Below are positions 38,614-50,224 of a stretch of DNA of 64,000 nt, one piece after another. The DNA is taken from the NCBI GenBank assembly GCA_051294375.1, contig CM119268.1, positions 20,953,869 through 21,017,868 on the forward strand. The letters run 5' to 3'. Origin of the DNA: Paraspadella gotoi (lineage: Eukaryota > Animalia > Chaetognatha). The notes beneath the pieces are model-generated. The model had not been told where the DNA came from, made no database searches, and worked only from the letters and a program-made list of their open reading frames with translations. The translations under genes were made by a program, and so were the position numbers. Numbering within the stretch: the stretch's first letter is position 1; the number at the start of each line of letters is the position of its first letter.

Positions 38614-39495
38614 TAGAGAGAGAGGAGAGAGGAGAGAGGAGGAGAGAGAGGGAGAGGAGAGAGGAGAGAGAGAGATTGGAAAAATACGGTGCGGAAAATG
38701 ACGTTCGTTGGTGTCATTGGAGGAACTGGCATGTGTTATGACAGCACGTTCGCGCAAGGTGCGTCATCCTGACGTGAATAACGCCTTCCAACGCTCCTCG
38801 CAAAAGCATCATAGATGGAATTGGAGTTAAATTCACTGCGTGCGTAACTGTTATTAATCTACTCTAATGTTACAAATTAAGTTTACGAATATTAAAACAA
38901 TGAACCAGCAGGCGTTGAGCAAATACGAGAAAAAACCAAAGAGTTGTGATCAAATTGAAAACATCAACAGCGTGACTAATAAAACATTAACAACCTCATT
39001 AAGCCACAAGAAACCGAACCGGAAAACACAATTTTGAACGACTATTGCCAAAAAAAAGTTTAAATTTAGAAGTTTGTTCCAATTTTTAAAAAAACTTGTA
39101 AATTCATCNNNNNNNNNNNNNNNNNNNNNNNNNAAACTTGTAAATTCATCATTGTTGTTGTTGTTGGTTTTTTTTAAATTTCTTCCATTTTTATTCCAGT
39201 TTTAAACAAAAGAAAAAACATTTGATTTGAATTCTAATTATTGTATGAAACAAAGGCAAAAGGGAGAAAACAGGTGGAGAAAGAAGAAAAGAAAAATAAA
39301 AAAAAAAGAAAAGAAAAAGAAAAGAAAGAGAAAAGAAAAAGAAAAGAAAATTTAAATCGAGTATAAAGTATGAATAATGATTTGAAGAGAAAAAAAAAGA
39401 AAAATGGGAAAATGTAGTTGAGAAAGAAAATGGGGAGATTGTATGGAATCGGCAAGGGAGAGCAAGAGAGAGAGAGAGAGAGAGGAAGAGAGAAG

Positions 39496-39548
<53 letters not shown>

Positions 39549-39554
39549 GAGGAT

Positions 39555-39633
<79 letters not shown>

Positions 39634-39634
39634 C

Positions 39635-40099
39635 TCAGAAAAGGCTCTTTTCTTCGTCAAAGAACAAAACTGTTATGGAATAAAACAAGATTAAAAAAAA
39701 CCAATCGAAAACTCAAACTTATAACAGTTTGTCAGTTATCAATCAGTCAATTTCAACCCGGGTGATTTATCCCCAAAGGACTGTTGAAATAGAGAGAAAG
39801 ACAGAGCAAATAGAATGACAGACAAAAAGACAGAACAGATAGATCGATTCATTGACAGTCAAGAAATAGAAAAACGTACCGAGTGACAGAATGACAAATA
39901 GTCACAACGGACAGAGGGACAGACTGAACTTAACCTACCGTGGTTCTCGGGATCCTTGGCCCGCAGCGCCGTCGCCATCTTCATGAACCCGTTGAACCAA
40001 GGTTCGGGCGACGACGACGATGAGGGAGACGTCGGCGACGACGACGGACACTTCGACGACGATGGAATCGAGGCCGGCGAAGGAGAGGGTTTGGGGATC
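39635..40099 (-). CDS. Candidate last two exons (40099-39939, 39669-39635) of an unidentified gene, unit-1 copy with a 1-nt insertion
   Basis: Same splice sites as the unit-2 copy; an extra G near 40046 shifts the frame (error or pseudogenisation). Confidence 0.35.
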
Positions 40100-40245
40100 C
40101 TGTTAGGGGAGGGGTGGGGGAAGGGTAGGGGAAGGGGAGGAGACAGGGTCGGGAAAAGTAAGGTCTTCTTTAATTCCCTCTTTAAAAAAAGATAAATGAT
40201 TTTGACGTTTGACTAGTGGAAGGATGTGTAGTCGGCATTGCCTAG

Positions 40246-41220
40246 TAGAGCGTTGAAAAATAACAAAATATAACAATCAACTGAGGTACATAGCATTTTT
40301 AGTGTAATGTAGTCTGTCGATTCGATGGTGATGACCATTTTTTTGTATAATTTTATCTTTCTTGTCGGAAATGAGGGTTTTTGATGTATATAAAATTGTT
40401 ATAAAATAGCAAAAGCATTATAAGTTATGATAAATCAAATTATTAAAATATTATAAAATTATATAAGCTTTTGAACTATAAAAATAAAGACTTATAAAAA
40501 TATTTTGGTGAGTTTATTTCTAATTTTATTCTTTTATAAAAGTTAGTTAACTATATTTATTAATAATTTGAGTAAAAATTAGGTTAAAGTTAAAAAATAA
40601 TAATTTCAATTTTTTTTTCATGGATTTGCATTCTTTGCAAAAAGTTGATATAAGAAAATATTATTTTTATATCAAAATTATGTCATTAATGGGTCAAATT
40701 AAGAAAACTATAATTTTAAACCAAAAATAAAAAATTAAACAAAAATAATAGTTTTTTATATTTTAACCTAATTAATGAAAGAATTTTTTTAAATGGATTA
40801 TACTTTCTTAAATAAACTTTTTGTAAGGAATTCAAATCCGGTTTAAAATTTTAAATTTTTTTATTTTTTTAACTTTAGCTTATTTTTATTATTATTTATT
40901 AATAAATATAGCTAACAAACTATTAATAAAATATAAAATTTGTAAATAAACTTACCAAATATTTATATGGGTCTTTATTTTCATATTATGTAAGTTAAAT
41001 ATGGCTTTTATAAAATCTTAATATTTGAGTTTCTTATACTCTACAATGTTTGCTCCTTTTAATAACACCTTATATGCTGCAAAAATCGCCATTTCCGACA
41101 AAGAAGATGAGACTATACAAGAAAATGGTTTATCATCATCGAATTCTACAGACTTTATTACACTAAAATAGCTATGTACCTCCCTTGATTTGTTATATTT
41201 CGTTATCTTTCAACGCCCTA
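40246..41220. mobile_element. Non-autonomous hAT-type MITE / fold-back element, 975 bp
   Basis: Termini TAGAGCGTTGAAA / TTTCAACGCCCTA; perfect 8-bp TSD TTGCCTAG at 40238-40245 and 41221-41228. Inverted arms can be aligned to the centre (~40720-40740). An 8-bp TSD with TAG termini is typical of hAT. Confidence 0.9.
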
Positions 41221-41228
41221 TTGCCTAG

Positions 41229-41390
41229 GTTCACCCCGCCTCTAAGCAAGATCTTTCAGTTGTGACCCGGTGGCTCATTGAGTTAAGCCATAAGCTCGTG
41301 ACCACTAGGTACCGGGTTCAATCCCAACGCGGTACCTACCCTGTGGGAAGAGTGAAGACGGCCGTAGTCATCTTCTATAACCCCCTCTAG
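41229..41390 (+). mobile_element. tRNA-derived SINE-like element, copy B (5' part at ~40215-40245, split off by the MITE)
   Basis: TGGCTCATTGAG A-box-like and GGGTTCAATCCC B box; homologous to 100-272. Confidence 0.65.
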
Positions 41391-41906
41391 CAATTTCAGT
41401 TTTTAAACTCTTCATATAGTTTTTAAATCACATTATTTTTAATTTTCGCTTCCCGGAATTCCGCGTTTAATTCTCGTTTCATTCCATCTCTTTCAATTCT
41501 ACGCTGTTTTATTTCTCCGGCGCCACGTTGCCTTTTATTTCATTGTCATTCCAGTTTTTTATTACTAAAATTATCTTTAATTAAAAAAATATTTCGACTT
41601 AGTCTCTCCTTGATTCCAAAGTACTCCATATTTGCGTTGCATTTTATTTGCTTGCATTTTCTAGTTGCTTGTAGCCACGAAAATAAAAAGAGCAATTCTA
41701 AAAGCCATAAAGTAGGATGTTTAATTTTCAGCTTATACTCGTCCCATATTTCAGAATACTTTTTTTTCTTCATCCAACGCGAAGCCAAAGATTTGGGTGT
41801 CGTGTTCGACATTTCGATCTTAAATTTAAAACTTTTTCTACTTCATCAGTTTTTAATCTTTTGGGGAAAAAGTGAAGAAAAAAAGACAAAGAAGAAAAGG
41901 GATCGT

Positions 41907-42160
41907 GTTGTGTGTGTGTGTGTGTGAGTGTTGTGTATGTGTTGTGTGAGTGTGTGTGTGTCAGTGTGTGTGTCTGTGGGTGTGTGTATGAGTGAGTGTG
42001 TGTCTGTGTGTGTGTGTGTGTGTTTGTCTGTGTGTGTGTGTGTCTCTGTGTGTGTGTGTGTGTGTGTGTGTGCACAACAACAAGCACAACAACGACCACA
42101 ATAACGACGACAACAACGACCACAACAACGCCACAACAACAACCACAGCAACAACCACGT
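41907..42160 (+). repeat. Compound (TG)n + (ACA/ACG)n microsatellite
   Basis: Direct reading; second copy at ~51030-51245. Confidence 0.95.
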
Positions 42161-43007
42161 TCGCTTCGTCTTCACCATAAATGAATTTTGACTGAAAAAA
42201 CGATAGAAGCGAAAAGCGGAACGAAAACTGGAAATGAAGACAAAACAAAGAAAAAGAAACAAAACAGAGAAAACGAAAACAAAACAGAGAAAAAGTAAAC
42301 AAAACAGAGAAAAAGAAAATAAAACAGAGAAAAAGAAAACATAACGAAGATTACCTTAGAAATGAAAACAATAAGAAAATTAAAATTTTGAAAAAAAAAT
42401 CCAAAACCTAGCCATAACCAAAATAAATGATAATAAAATAAAAAGGTCCATTTTAAAACAATAAAATTCACAATACATACGAATCCGAGAACTTGCGATT
42501 ATCAATAACGTGAAAGTAAACAAGGAATCGCGTGTAAGAAAAAAGAGTCTTTGTGAAAAGTGAATCACTTTTTTGATTTCATCTCATTTTTATCAGATTC
42601 TGGAATGGAAATTAGTTTTTTCTGTTCCTTCTTTATTCTTGAGAAGTCTCCCTTCATTGGCCTCTTTTACCTCCCCCTCATCTCCCTGTCCCTTTCTTTT
42701 CTTCTTCTTTTATCCTCTTCCTCATCTCCCTCCCCCTCCTCTTCCTCCTCTCCTCCTCCTTATCGCACCTGCCCTTTCTCCTCTTTTTTTTATCTTCTTC
42801 CTCATCTCCCTCCCCTTTCTCCTCTTCTTTTTAATCCTCTCCTCATCTCCTCCCCTTTCTCCCTCCTCTTCCTCTTCTTCCTTTTCCTCCTCCTTATCTC
42901 ACCTTGCCCTTCTCTTTCTTTCCTCCTTACTTGATATCGCGCATAGGAATTTAGGCGAAACAAGTGAAGTAATCCAATCTCCCTGCCACTTACCTTTGAT
43001 GGCAAAC

Positions 43008-43067
<60 letters not shown>

Positions 43068-43258
43068 CTTTTAACAATTCGGTTTTAATGCAAAGATGTT
43101 TTATGGGCGAATCAGTCGATTAGTTTACTGAATACATTTTTTCCTCCTTTCATTTACCTTTTTAAACTTAATTATTTTAACTAAAATTTGCATATGTTAT
43201 GGACATTGTAGACTGAGGATTAAATTATTAAGTAATCTTTAGAGAGAAAAAAAAAGAG

Positions 43259-43323
<65 letters not shown>

Positions 43324-43427
43324 GAATAAGCGGTCTGAGTTTAACGCGTCGAAAAGAGAACAAGAAAAATCACTGAATCAATTTGTATCGATTTGCTAAG
43401 CTCTTGACGAGCCCATCTTGTTCTCTA

Positions 43428-43483
<56 letters not shown>

Positions 43484-43664
43484 TCTCTGTCAGCACACCT
43501 GTTCGTCGTTACCCTTCCCCTTCCTTTTTTTTCAGTCAGAAAAAGGCCATTTCTTTCTGATCAGTTTCAGTATCACCTTTGAGAAAACTTTTGGCTAAAT
43601 TTTAACTTGAGTTTAGCGGATTTCGAGAGAGGAGAGAGAGAGAGAGAGAGACGAGAGGAGAGAG

Positions 43665-43700
<36 letters not shown>

Positions 43701-44689
43701 AGTTTCATTGCGATAAAAATAGGGAAGAAGTAAAAAGAATCGCGAAGGAGCAAAATCGTAAATAAAGAGAAAAAGATAAAAAAGGAAATCGGAGTTGAAA
43801 TTAAATGTTTTTTAGAATAATTTTGAAGAGAAAATTGTTGAGGTTGAAAAGCGAATTTACTATAGAGAGAAACGAACGATTAAAAGTACATATTTTTATA
43901 GAACTTACGTCGGAAGAAATTAAAGATAGAAATTAAAAGACAAGAATGCATTTGAAAACATTTCATTTTTTCCCCGCATGAACCCATTCAACTGACTTCT
44001 CAGCTCTACTCCACCCGGTTCTTCTCTATGCGCTTATTATTCGGACGCCGATTACAGTTTATTTTTTTGAGTAAAAAAAGCAGTAGATGGGGAATAAAAA
44101 AAATTGGAACAAAAACGGAGTTATTAACCCTGAACTTATTGAATAAATAAGCGACCCGTTATAAAATAACTTTTAAACTTTTCAAATTTGTTTTCTTTTA
44201 TTTTTCGTCTCATTTTTCTTCTAACCACGAATCTTCTTTCGATTTTCGTCTTTAACTTCATCCATTCATTTTCATTCCTCTAATTTACTTTTACATTTCT
44301 CTTTCTTTTCTCTCTTTCTCCTTTTTTGTTGACTTTTCTTTATCTGTCACTCGTTCTTTCACTTCTTTTTTTTCTCTTTTGTCTTTTTTCTTCCTTCTCT
44401 TCTTTCTCTATTCTTACTTTCTCTTTTTTCCCCACTTTCCCCCTCCTCTCCACCACCTTCTGTCTCACTTTCCTCTCTCTTCCTTTCTCAACCTTTCGAC
44501 GACTTGCTCCTTTTTCTACGAAGGTCGGAAAACCTTAGAAGAATTTTCATCCAAAAAAGAAGGAAGAAAAAAGAAAATTAAGTTGTTTAGATAAAGAAAG
44601 CAAGAGAAAGAATAAGAAAGAAAGAAAGATATAAAAAAGAAACAGTGTCACACCAATTTTGCCCTTTATGGCGGCCAAATCGATTATTG

Positions 44690-45450
44690 TCAACGCCCAG
44701 GGAAGAACTGACGTTGCCGACGCAAGAACTGACGCACTGACGCACTGATCATAACCGGCCGACGTAGAAACTGACGGTGCCGACGCAGCTGATCATATTA
44801 CCGATAGAAAACTGACGATTGCGGCGCAGAGATCAAAAGCCGCCGAAGCAAGAACTGACGATTGACACAGAGATAAAGGCACCAGAAGTTAAAAACTGAC
44901 AATTGCCGACGCAGAGATCAAAGCCGGCCGAAGCAAGAACTGACGATGCTGATACAGAGATCAAAGCACCGAAGTAAAAACTGACAATGCCGACACAGAG
45001 ATCAAGCCGCCGAAGCAAGAACTGACGATGCTGACACAGAGATCAAAGGCACTGAAGTAAAAACTGAAAATGCCGACGCAGAGATCAAAGCCGGCCGAAG
45101 TAAGAAACTGCGATTGCTGACACAGAGATCAAAGGCACTGAAGTAAAACTGACAATGCCGACGCCAGAGATCCAAAGCCGCCGAAGCAAAGAACTGACGA
45201 GCTGACACAGAGATCAAAGGCTCCGAAGTAAAAAAACTGACAATGCCGATCAGGATCAAAAGCGCCGATGCAAAAAACTGACGATGCCGACTCAGAGATC
45301 AAAGGCGCCGAAGTAAAAACTTAATGTGCCGACGCCAATATCAAAGGCGCCAACGGCAATAATAATGACGCCGACCACTGATCAAAGGTGACGCCCCTAC
45401 CGACGCCAAAATGTCGTCGCCGACGCTTAACGTTTCCTCTGAATTGACGG
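44690..45450. repeat. 21/42/84-bp hierarchical GC-balanced minisatellite, ~13 42-bp units (noisy copy)
   Basis: ACTGACGATGC(C/T)GAC(G/A)CAGAGATCAAAG(CCG/GCA)CCGAAG(CAAGA/TAAAA) units alternate. Confidence 0.9.
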
Positions 45451-46638
45451 CGCAAAATCGACCACAATTTTTATGTGGGAGTTGAAAAGAGAAGTGGGAG
45501 AGAGAGAAGTAAGGAAGGGATAAAGGAGAAATGAAAAGGAAGAGGGCAAGAGAGAAGCAAGGAAGGAATAAAGGAGAAAAAAAAGAGAAGAGGGAAGAGA
45601 AAGAAGTAAAGGAAAGAATATAGGAGGAAAAGAAAGAGAAGAGGTGTAGAGAGAGAGCAAGGAAGGAGTAAAGGAGAAAAAAAAGGGAGAGGATGAGGGA
45701 AGAGAGAAGCAAAGGAAATTTAAAGAAGAAAAAAAAAAGTAAGGGGAGCAAGAAAAGAAAAGAAGGAATAGGGAAAAAGAAAAGAGAAGAGGAGAGGAAG
45801 CAAAGAAAAGATAAAGAGAAAAAGATAATAGCAGAGAGAGAGAGAGAAACAAAGAAAGGATAAAAGGAGAAATAGAAAAGAGAGGTGTAAAGAAAAAAAA
45901 AAAGAAAAAAAAAAGAAAAAGAAAGAAATAATTGTCTGAATGAGTAAAATGTTGGCAGACGAGAAAAATTAGAAAATGAGTAAAGCAAATGTTGGGAATT
46001 TGGAGAGAAAAATATCACAAAAGATCACGTGAAAAGTTTGACGGGAGAGAGAACGGTATTGGCACGTATTTCAGAGAAACGAATATTTCAGTTTATATCC
46101 CCTGATGAGTTTTTACCCAGATATTAAGGCTTAATCTCCTCAAACACCTAACCTTTAACCATAAATTCTACTTTACTCGAACCCAAGTCCTTAAACTTAA
46201 AAACTGACTTTATTTCGAATTTAGGGTGAAATGAGCGATTTTCGAAATATGGCCAGGGAAATTATAGTAGTTTTTGACGCAAAAGAGGAGAAGAGGGAGC
46301 TGGGAGGAAGATTAATGGTTATGTCGTAGGACGGAGGCGATGGCAAACTTGGTTAGAAGGGAAGGGAGTGCGGGCAGAAGAGACGAGAATTAGAGGCGGT
46401 AGAGGAAAGAGTGGGGGGGCGTAAGGGCCGCGACCAGTGGGGGGCAAAGGGCGGAGAGATTAATGGTTATGGAAGGCTGTTCCCCTTTCATATCCCTTCG
46501 CGCTTTCCTACCAAGAATTTCGACAGTAAACGTCTCACTTTTTGAAAAGAGGCCACACCTCTTTACTTGGGAAAGAGAAGAGAGAGAGAAGAGAGAAGAG
46601 AGGAGAGAGGAGAGAGGAGAGATGAGAGGAGAGAGAGG

Positions 46639-46669
<31 letters not shown>

Positions 46670-47800
46670 GTGGTGATAATGAAGGACATGACGGTAAGTT
46701 CAAGTTGAAAGACAACCCGGAAAAGGTCACAGAAATAAAAGAAACATCTGAAGAAAGAAAAATTCAGGAGGACTGAATATATAATTGATTTAATATAAGC
46801 TTTTTTTATTTTGATTAAAGTCTTGATAAGTATCTAATTAGTTGTAAATTGACATTATATTTTTTCGAAATCAAAATAGAACATCGACCCATAAATATTA
46901 GGTAGACTGAGACAAAGGAAAGGAGAGAACATTCATTTCACAACGACGACGACAAAACAACAACACACAACAACAACAACAAAACAACAACAACAACAAC
47001 AGACACACACAAAGTTGTCCTCCAAAACCAAAATTAATTTTGCTTTTTTTTCGAAAAAAAAGAGTTCAGCGGAAACCAAAAAAAAAGGAAAAAAAAGAAG
47101 AGAAGCCCCCAATTTTTCTTATACAACTTCCGTACACCAAGGCAACTGCGTTTTTTTACCTTTTTTTTAATTCTTTTTTTCTCTGGCCGTATTAGGTTAA
47201 GGATTTCGTTTTAGCTCCAAGATTTATGTAGAGAAGTTATAGTTCCGCGGAAAGGTTGGGAGAGCAGAAGATGGAAATATGTACAGTAAAAATAAAGAGC
47301 TTTGAATCAACTATAGTAAAAGTAGAGGAGAAGTATTTAAATAATTTTGTAATTTATTACAACCAATAATGAAAAATATCCATTAAATTTAATAAATAAA
47401 CGATCTGGTAAGGCCTTCTTAACTCTTACATAATGATCATAGCAAGTTCTCGAAGATTTAAACACAATCTCGTTATTTACTCGCAGAGGTCCTGCAGGAC
47501 CCGTGACTTCCTTATCATGGAAGTTGGACAATAATAAAAAAATAGTTGTGTTCGTTTTGTTTGTTTTTGTAAACAAAAAATTGAACAAAAGTAAAAATTG
47601 TATTTCATTCTTTTTTCTCCTTAAATTTTACCTTCGGAATTTTTATCTGCGAATGTCGACATTTTTTTCTCTGAAGTTTAACTAAGAAAAAAAAGAAATT
47701 TTTTTTATTCAGTTTAGGGTTTATTCTTACAATATCAAAAGACGTTTTTAATTACGATGTTTTCGAGTCGTTCCGAGACGCGCCATTTGCCAAAAGAAAT

Positions 47801-47871
<71 letters not shown>

Positions 47872-48178
47872 TTGAGAAGGTGAAGGTGAAATGATATGTA
47901 CTGTAAAGTGAGGTAAAAGTAAGTTAAAGAAGGGAAGGTAAGGTGAAGTTTTAGCGAAGGTAAACCCCCTTGTAAATAAGCGAGGCGTCGCGGATGTTAT
48001 TTTGTTGTCGACTTTATTTCATTCCTTTATTCTTCTTTCGTACGACTCAGCCCTCTTGGTGAATTTTCAATTCAATCTACTGCCGCTCTTTGCCGAATAC
48101 GGCGGGGGCAAGATCTCTTTGCATACCGAGCTTTTCTTTTTTTGCGCCTTCCTCTCTCGCTCTCTCTTCTCTCTCTCT

Positions 48179-48258
<80 letters not shown>

Positions 48259-49208
48259 CCTGCAGAGAACCAGATGTTAGAAACGCGATTAAAATGATAA
48301 TTACAAACTTTTTCGTCGCATTAACAATTTTTCGACAAGTGGAAGGTTCACCATAATTTTCTTTAGGTTTTTCATTAAATTTTTTTTCTCTCTTTTTTTT
48401 CTTCTTTTTTTCTTTTCTTTTCCGTCCTTTTTCGCTTTTCTTTTGATATCTTCCTTGGTTTGCTTTTCGTCATCAAAATCATCTCCCTCCCCGTCTTCTC
48501 CTCTTCTCTAATCTCACAAAACTTTCTTTTATTCTATTCTCCTTATTATTCCTATCTCCGATTCCCTTTCACTTCTGTTCCTCCTTTGTATAAATTTAAA
48601 ACATCTTTCCTCTTTTTCTTTCTTTCCTTCTTTAAATTTTCACTTTTCACCTTTCTTCTCCTTCTGTTTTTTTTCCTTCTTTCAATTTCTCCACTTCACC
48701 TTTCCTTTCTTCCTTTTTTATTTCCTTCTTTCAATTTTCACTTTTCACCTTTCCTTTCCTCCTTTCCTTCTATCCTTCTTTCATTTCTTCACTTTTACCT
48801 TCATTTCAATCCTTCTTCTCCCCTTTCTTTTCTCCTTTCCTTTCCCTCCTTTTATTCGCCTTTTCTTTCTCCCTTTCTTTTCCTCCTTTTCTTTCTCCTT
48901 TCCTCTCCTCTTTCTTTCCTCCTTTTCTTTCTCCTTTCAATTTCTCTTTCTTCTCCCTTTCCTTTCCTCCTTGCCTTTCCTTCTTTTATTCCTCCTTTCC
49001 TCCCCTTTTCTTTCATACTTTCCTTTCTCCTTTCTTTTCTTTTCCATTCTCTCTCCTTTCCTCCGCTTTCATCTTTTCTTTCCTCCTTTTTCTTTAAAAT
49101 CCGTCTCCCTTTTTTTTCATTGGCGTCGGAGAAGGAGAGGAATCTTGAGGTGGGATCCGGCCAAACTGAGATGGAGAACAGGAATCAAAAGGAGAACCAC
49201 AGTGTTCC

Positions 49209-49360
49209 ATCAAAATGACTTTTCAACGTGTCTCCAATCAAAATGACATTAAAGTGTCTCCAATCCAAAATGACATTTCAACCGTGTCTCCAAACAAAAT
49301 ACATTTAAAAATGTCTCCAATCAAAATGACATTTCAACCATTTTTTTCATCAATGACATT
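49209..49360 (+). repeat. ~28-bp tandem repeat (ATCAAAATGACATTTCAACCGTGTCTCCA-like) x ~5, ending at the duplication junction
   Basis: Direct reading. Confidence 0.8.
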
Positions 49361-49656
49361 TCTTCCATTTTTTATTCCAGTTTTAAACAAAAGAAAAAAG
49401 ATTTTGATTTGAATTCCAATTATTGTATGAAACAAAGGCAAAAGGGAGAAAACAGGTGGAGAAAGAAGAAAAGAAAAAAGAAAAGAAAAAGAAAAGAAAA
49501 AGAAAAGAAAGAGAAAAGAAAAAGAAAAGAAAAAAAAGAAGAAAATTTAAATCGTGTATAAAGTATGAATAATGATTTGAAGAGAAAAAAAAGAAAAATG
49601 GGAAAATGTAGTTGAGAAAGAAAATGGGGAGATTGTATGGAATCGGCAAGGGAGAG

Positions 49657-49757
<101 letters not shown>

Positions 49758-49758
49758 C

Positions 49759-50224
49759 TCAGAAAAGGCTCTTTTCTTCGTCAAAGAACAAAACTGTTAT
49801 GGAATAAAACAAGATTAAAAAAAACCAATCGAAAACTCAAACTTATAACAGTTTGTCAGTTATCAATCAGTCAATTTCAACCCGTGTGATTTATCCCCAA
49901 AGGACTGTTGAAAATAGAGAGAAAGACAGAGCAAATAGAATGACAGACAAAAAGACAAAACAGATAGATCGAATTCATTGACAGTCAAGAAATAGAAAAA
50001 CGTACCGAGTGACAGAATGACAAATAGTCACAACGGACAGAGGGACAGACTGAACTTAACCTACCGTGGTTCTCGGGATCCTTGGCCCGCAGCGCCGTCG
50101 CCATCTTCATGAACCCGTTGAACCAAGGTTCGGGCGACGACGACGATGAGGGAGACGTCGGCGACGACGACGACACTTCGACGACGATGGAATCGAGGCC
50201 GGCGAAGGAGAGGGTTTGGGGATC
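49759..50224 (-). CDS. Candidate last two exons (50224-50065, 49793-49759) of an unidentified protein-coding gene
   Basis: Acceptor cccctaacag|, donor CACG|gtaggt, acceptor ttattccataacag|; phases match. Translation: DPQTLSFAGLDSIVVEVSSSSPTSPSSSSSPEPWFNGFMKMATALRAKDPENHVLFFDEEKSLF*. Confidence 0.45.

Noticed and set aside
38698-38772. MTAP-like N-terminus (MTFVGVIGGTGM)
   Set aside because: Stops after 24 codons, and half the motif comes from the inverted-repeat copy whose partner continues differently.
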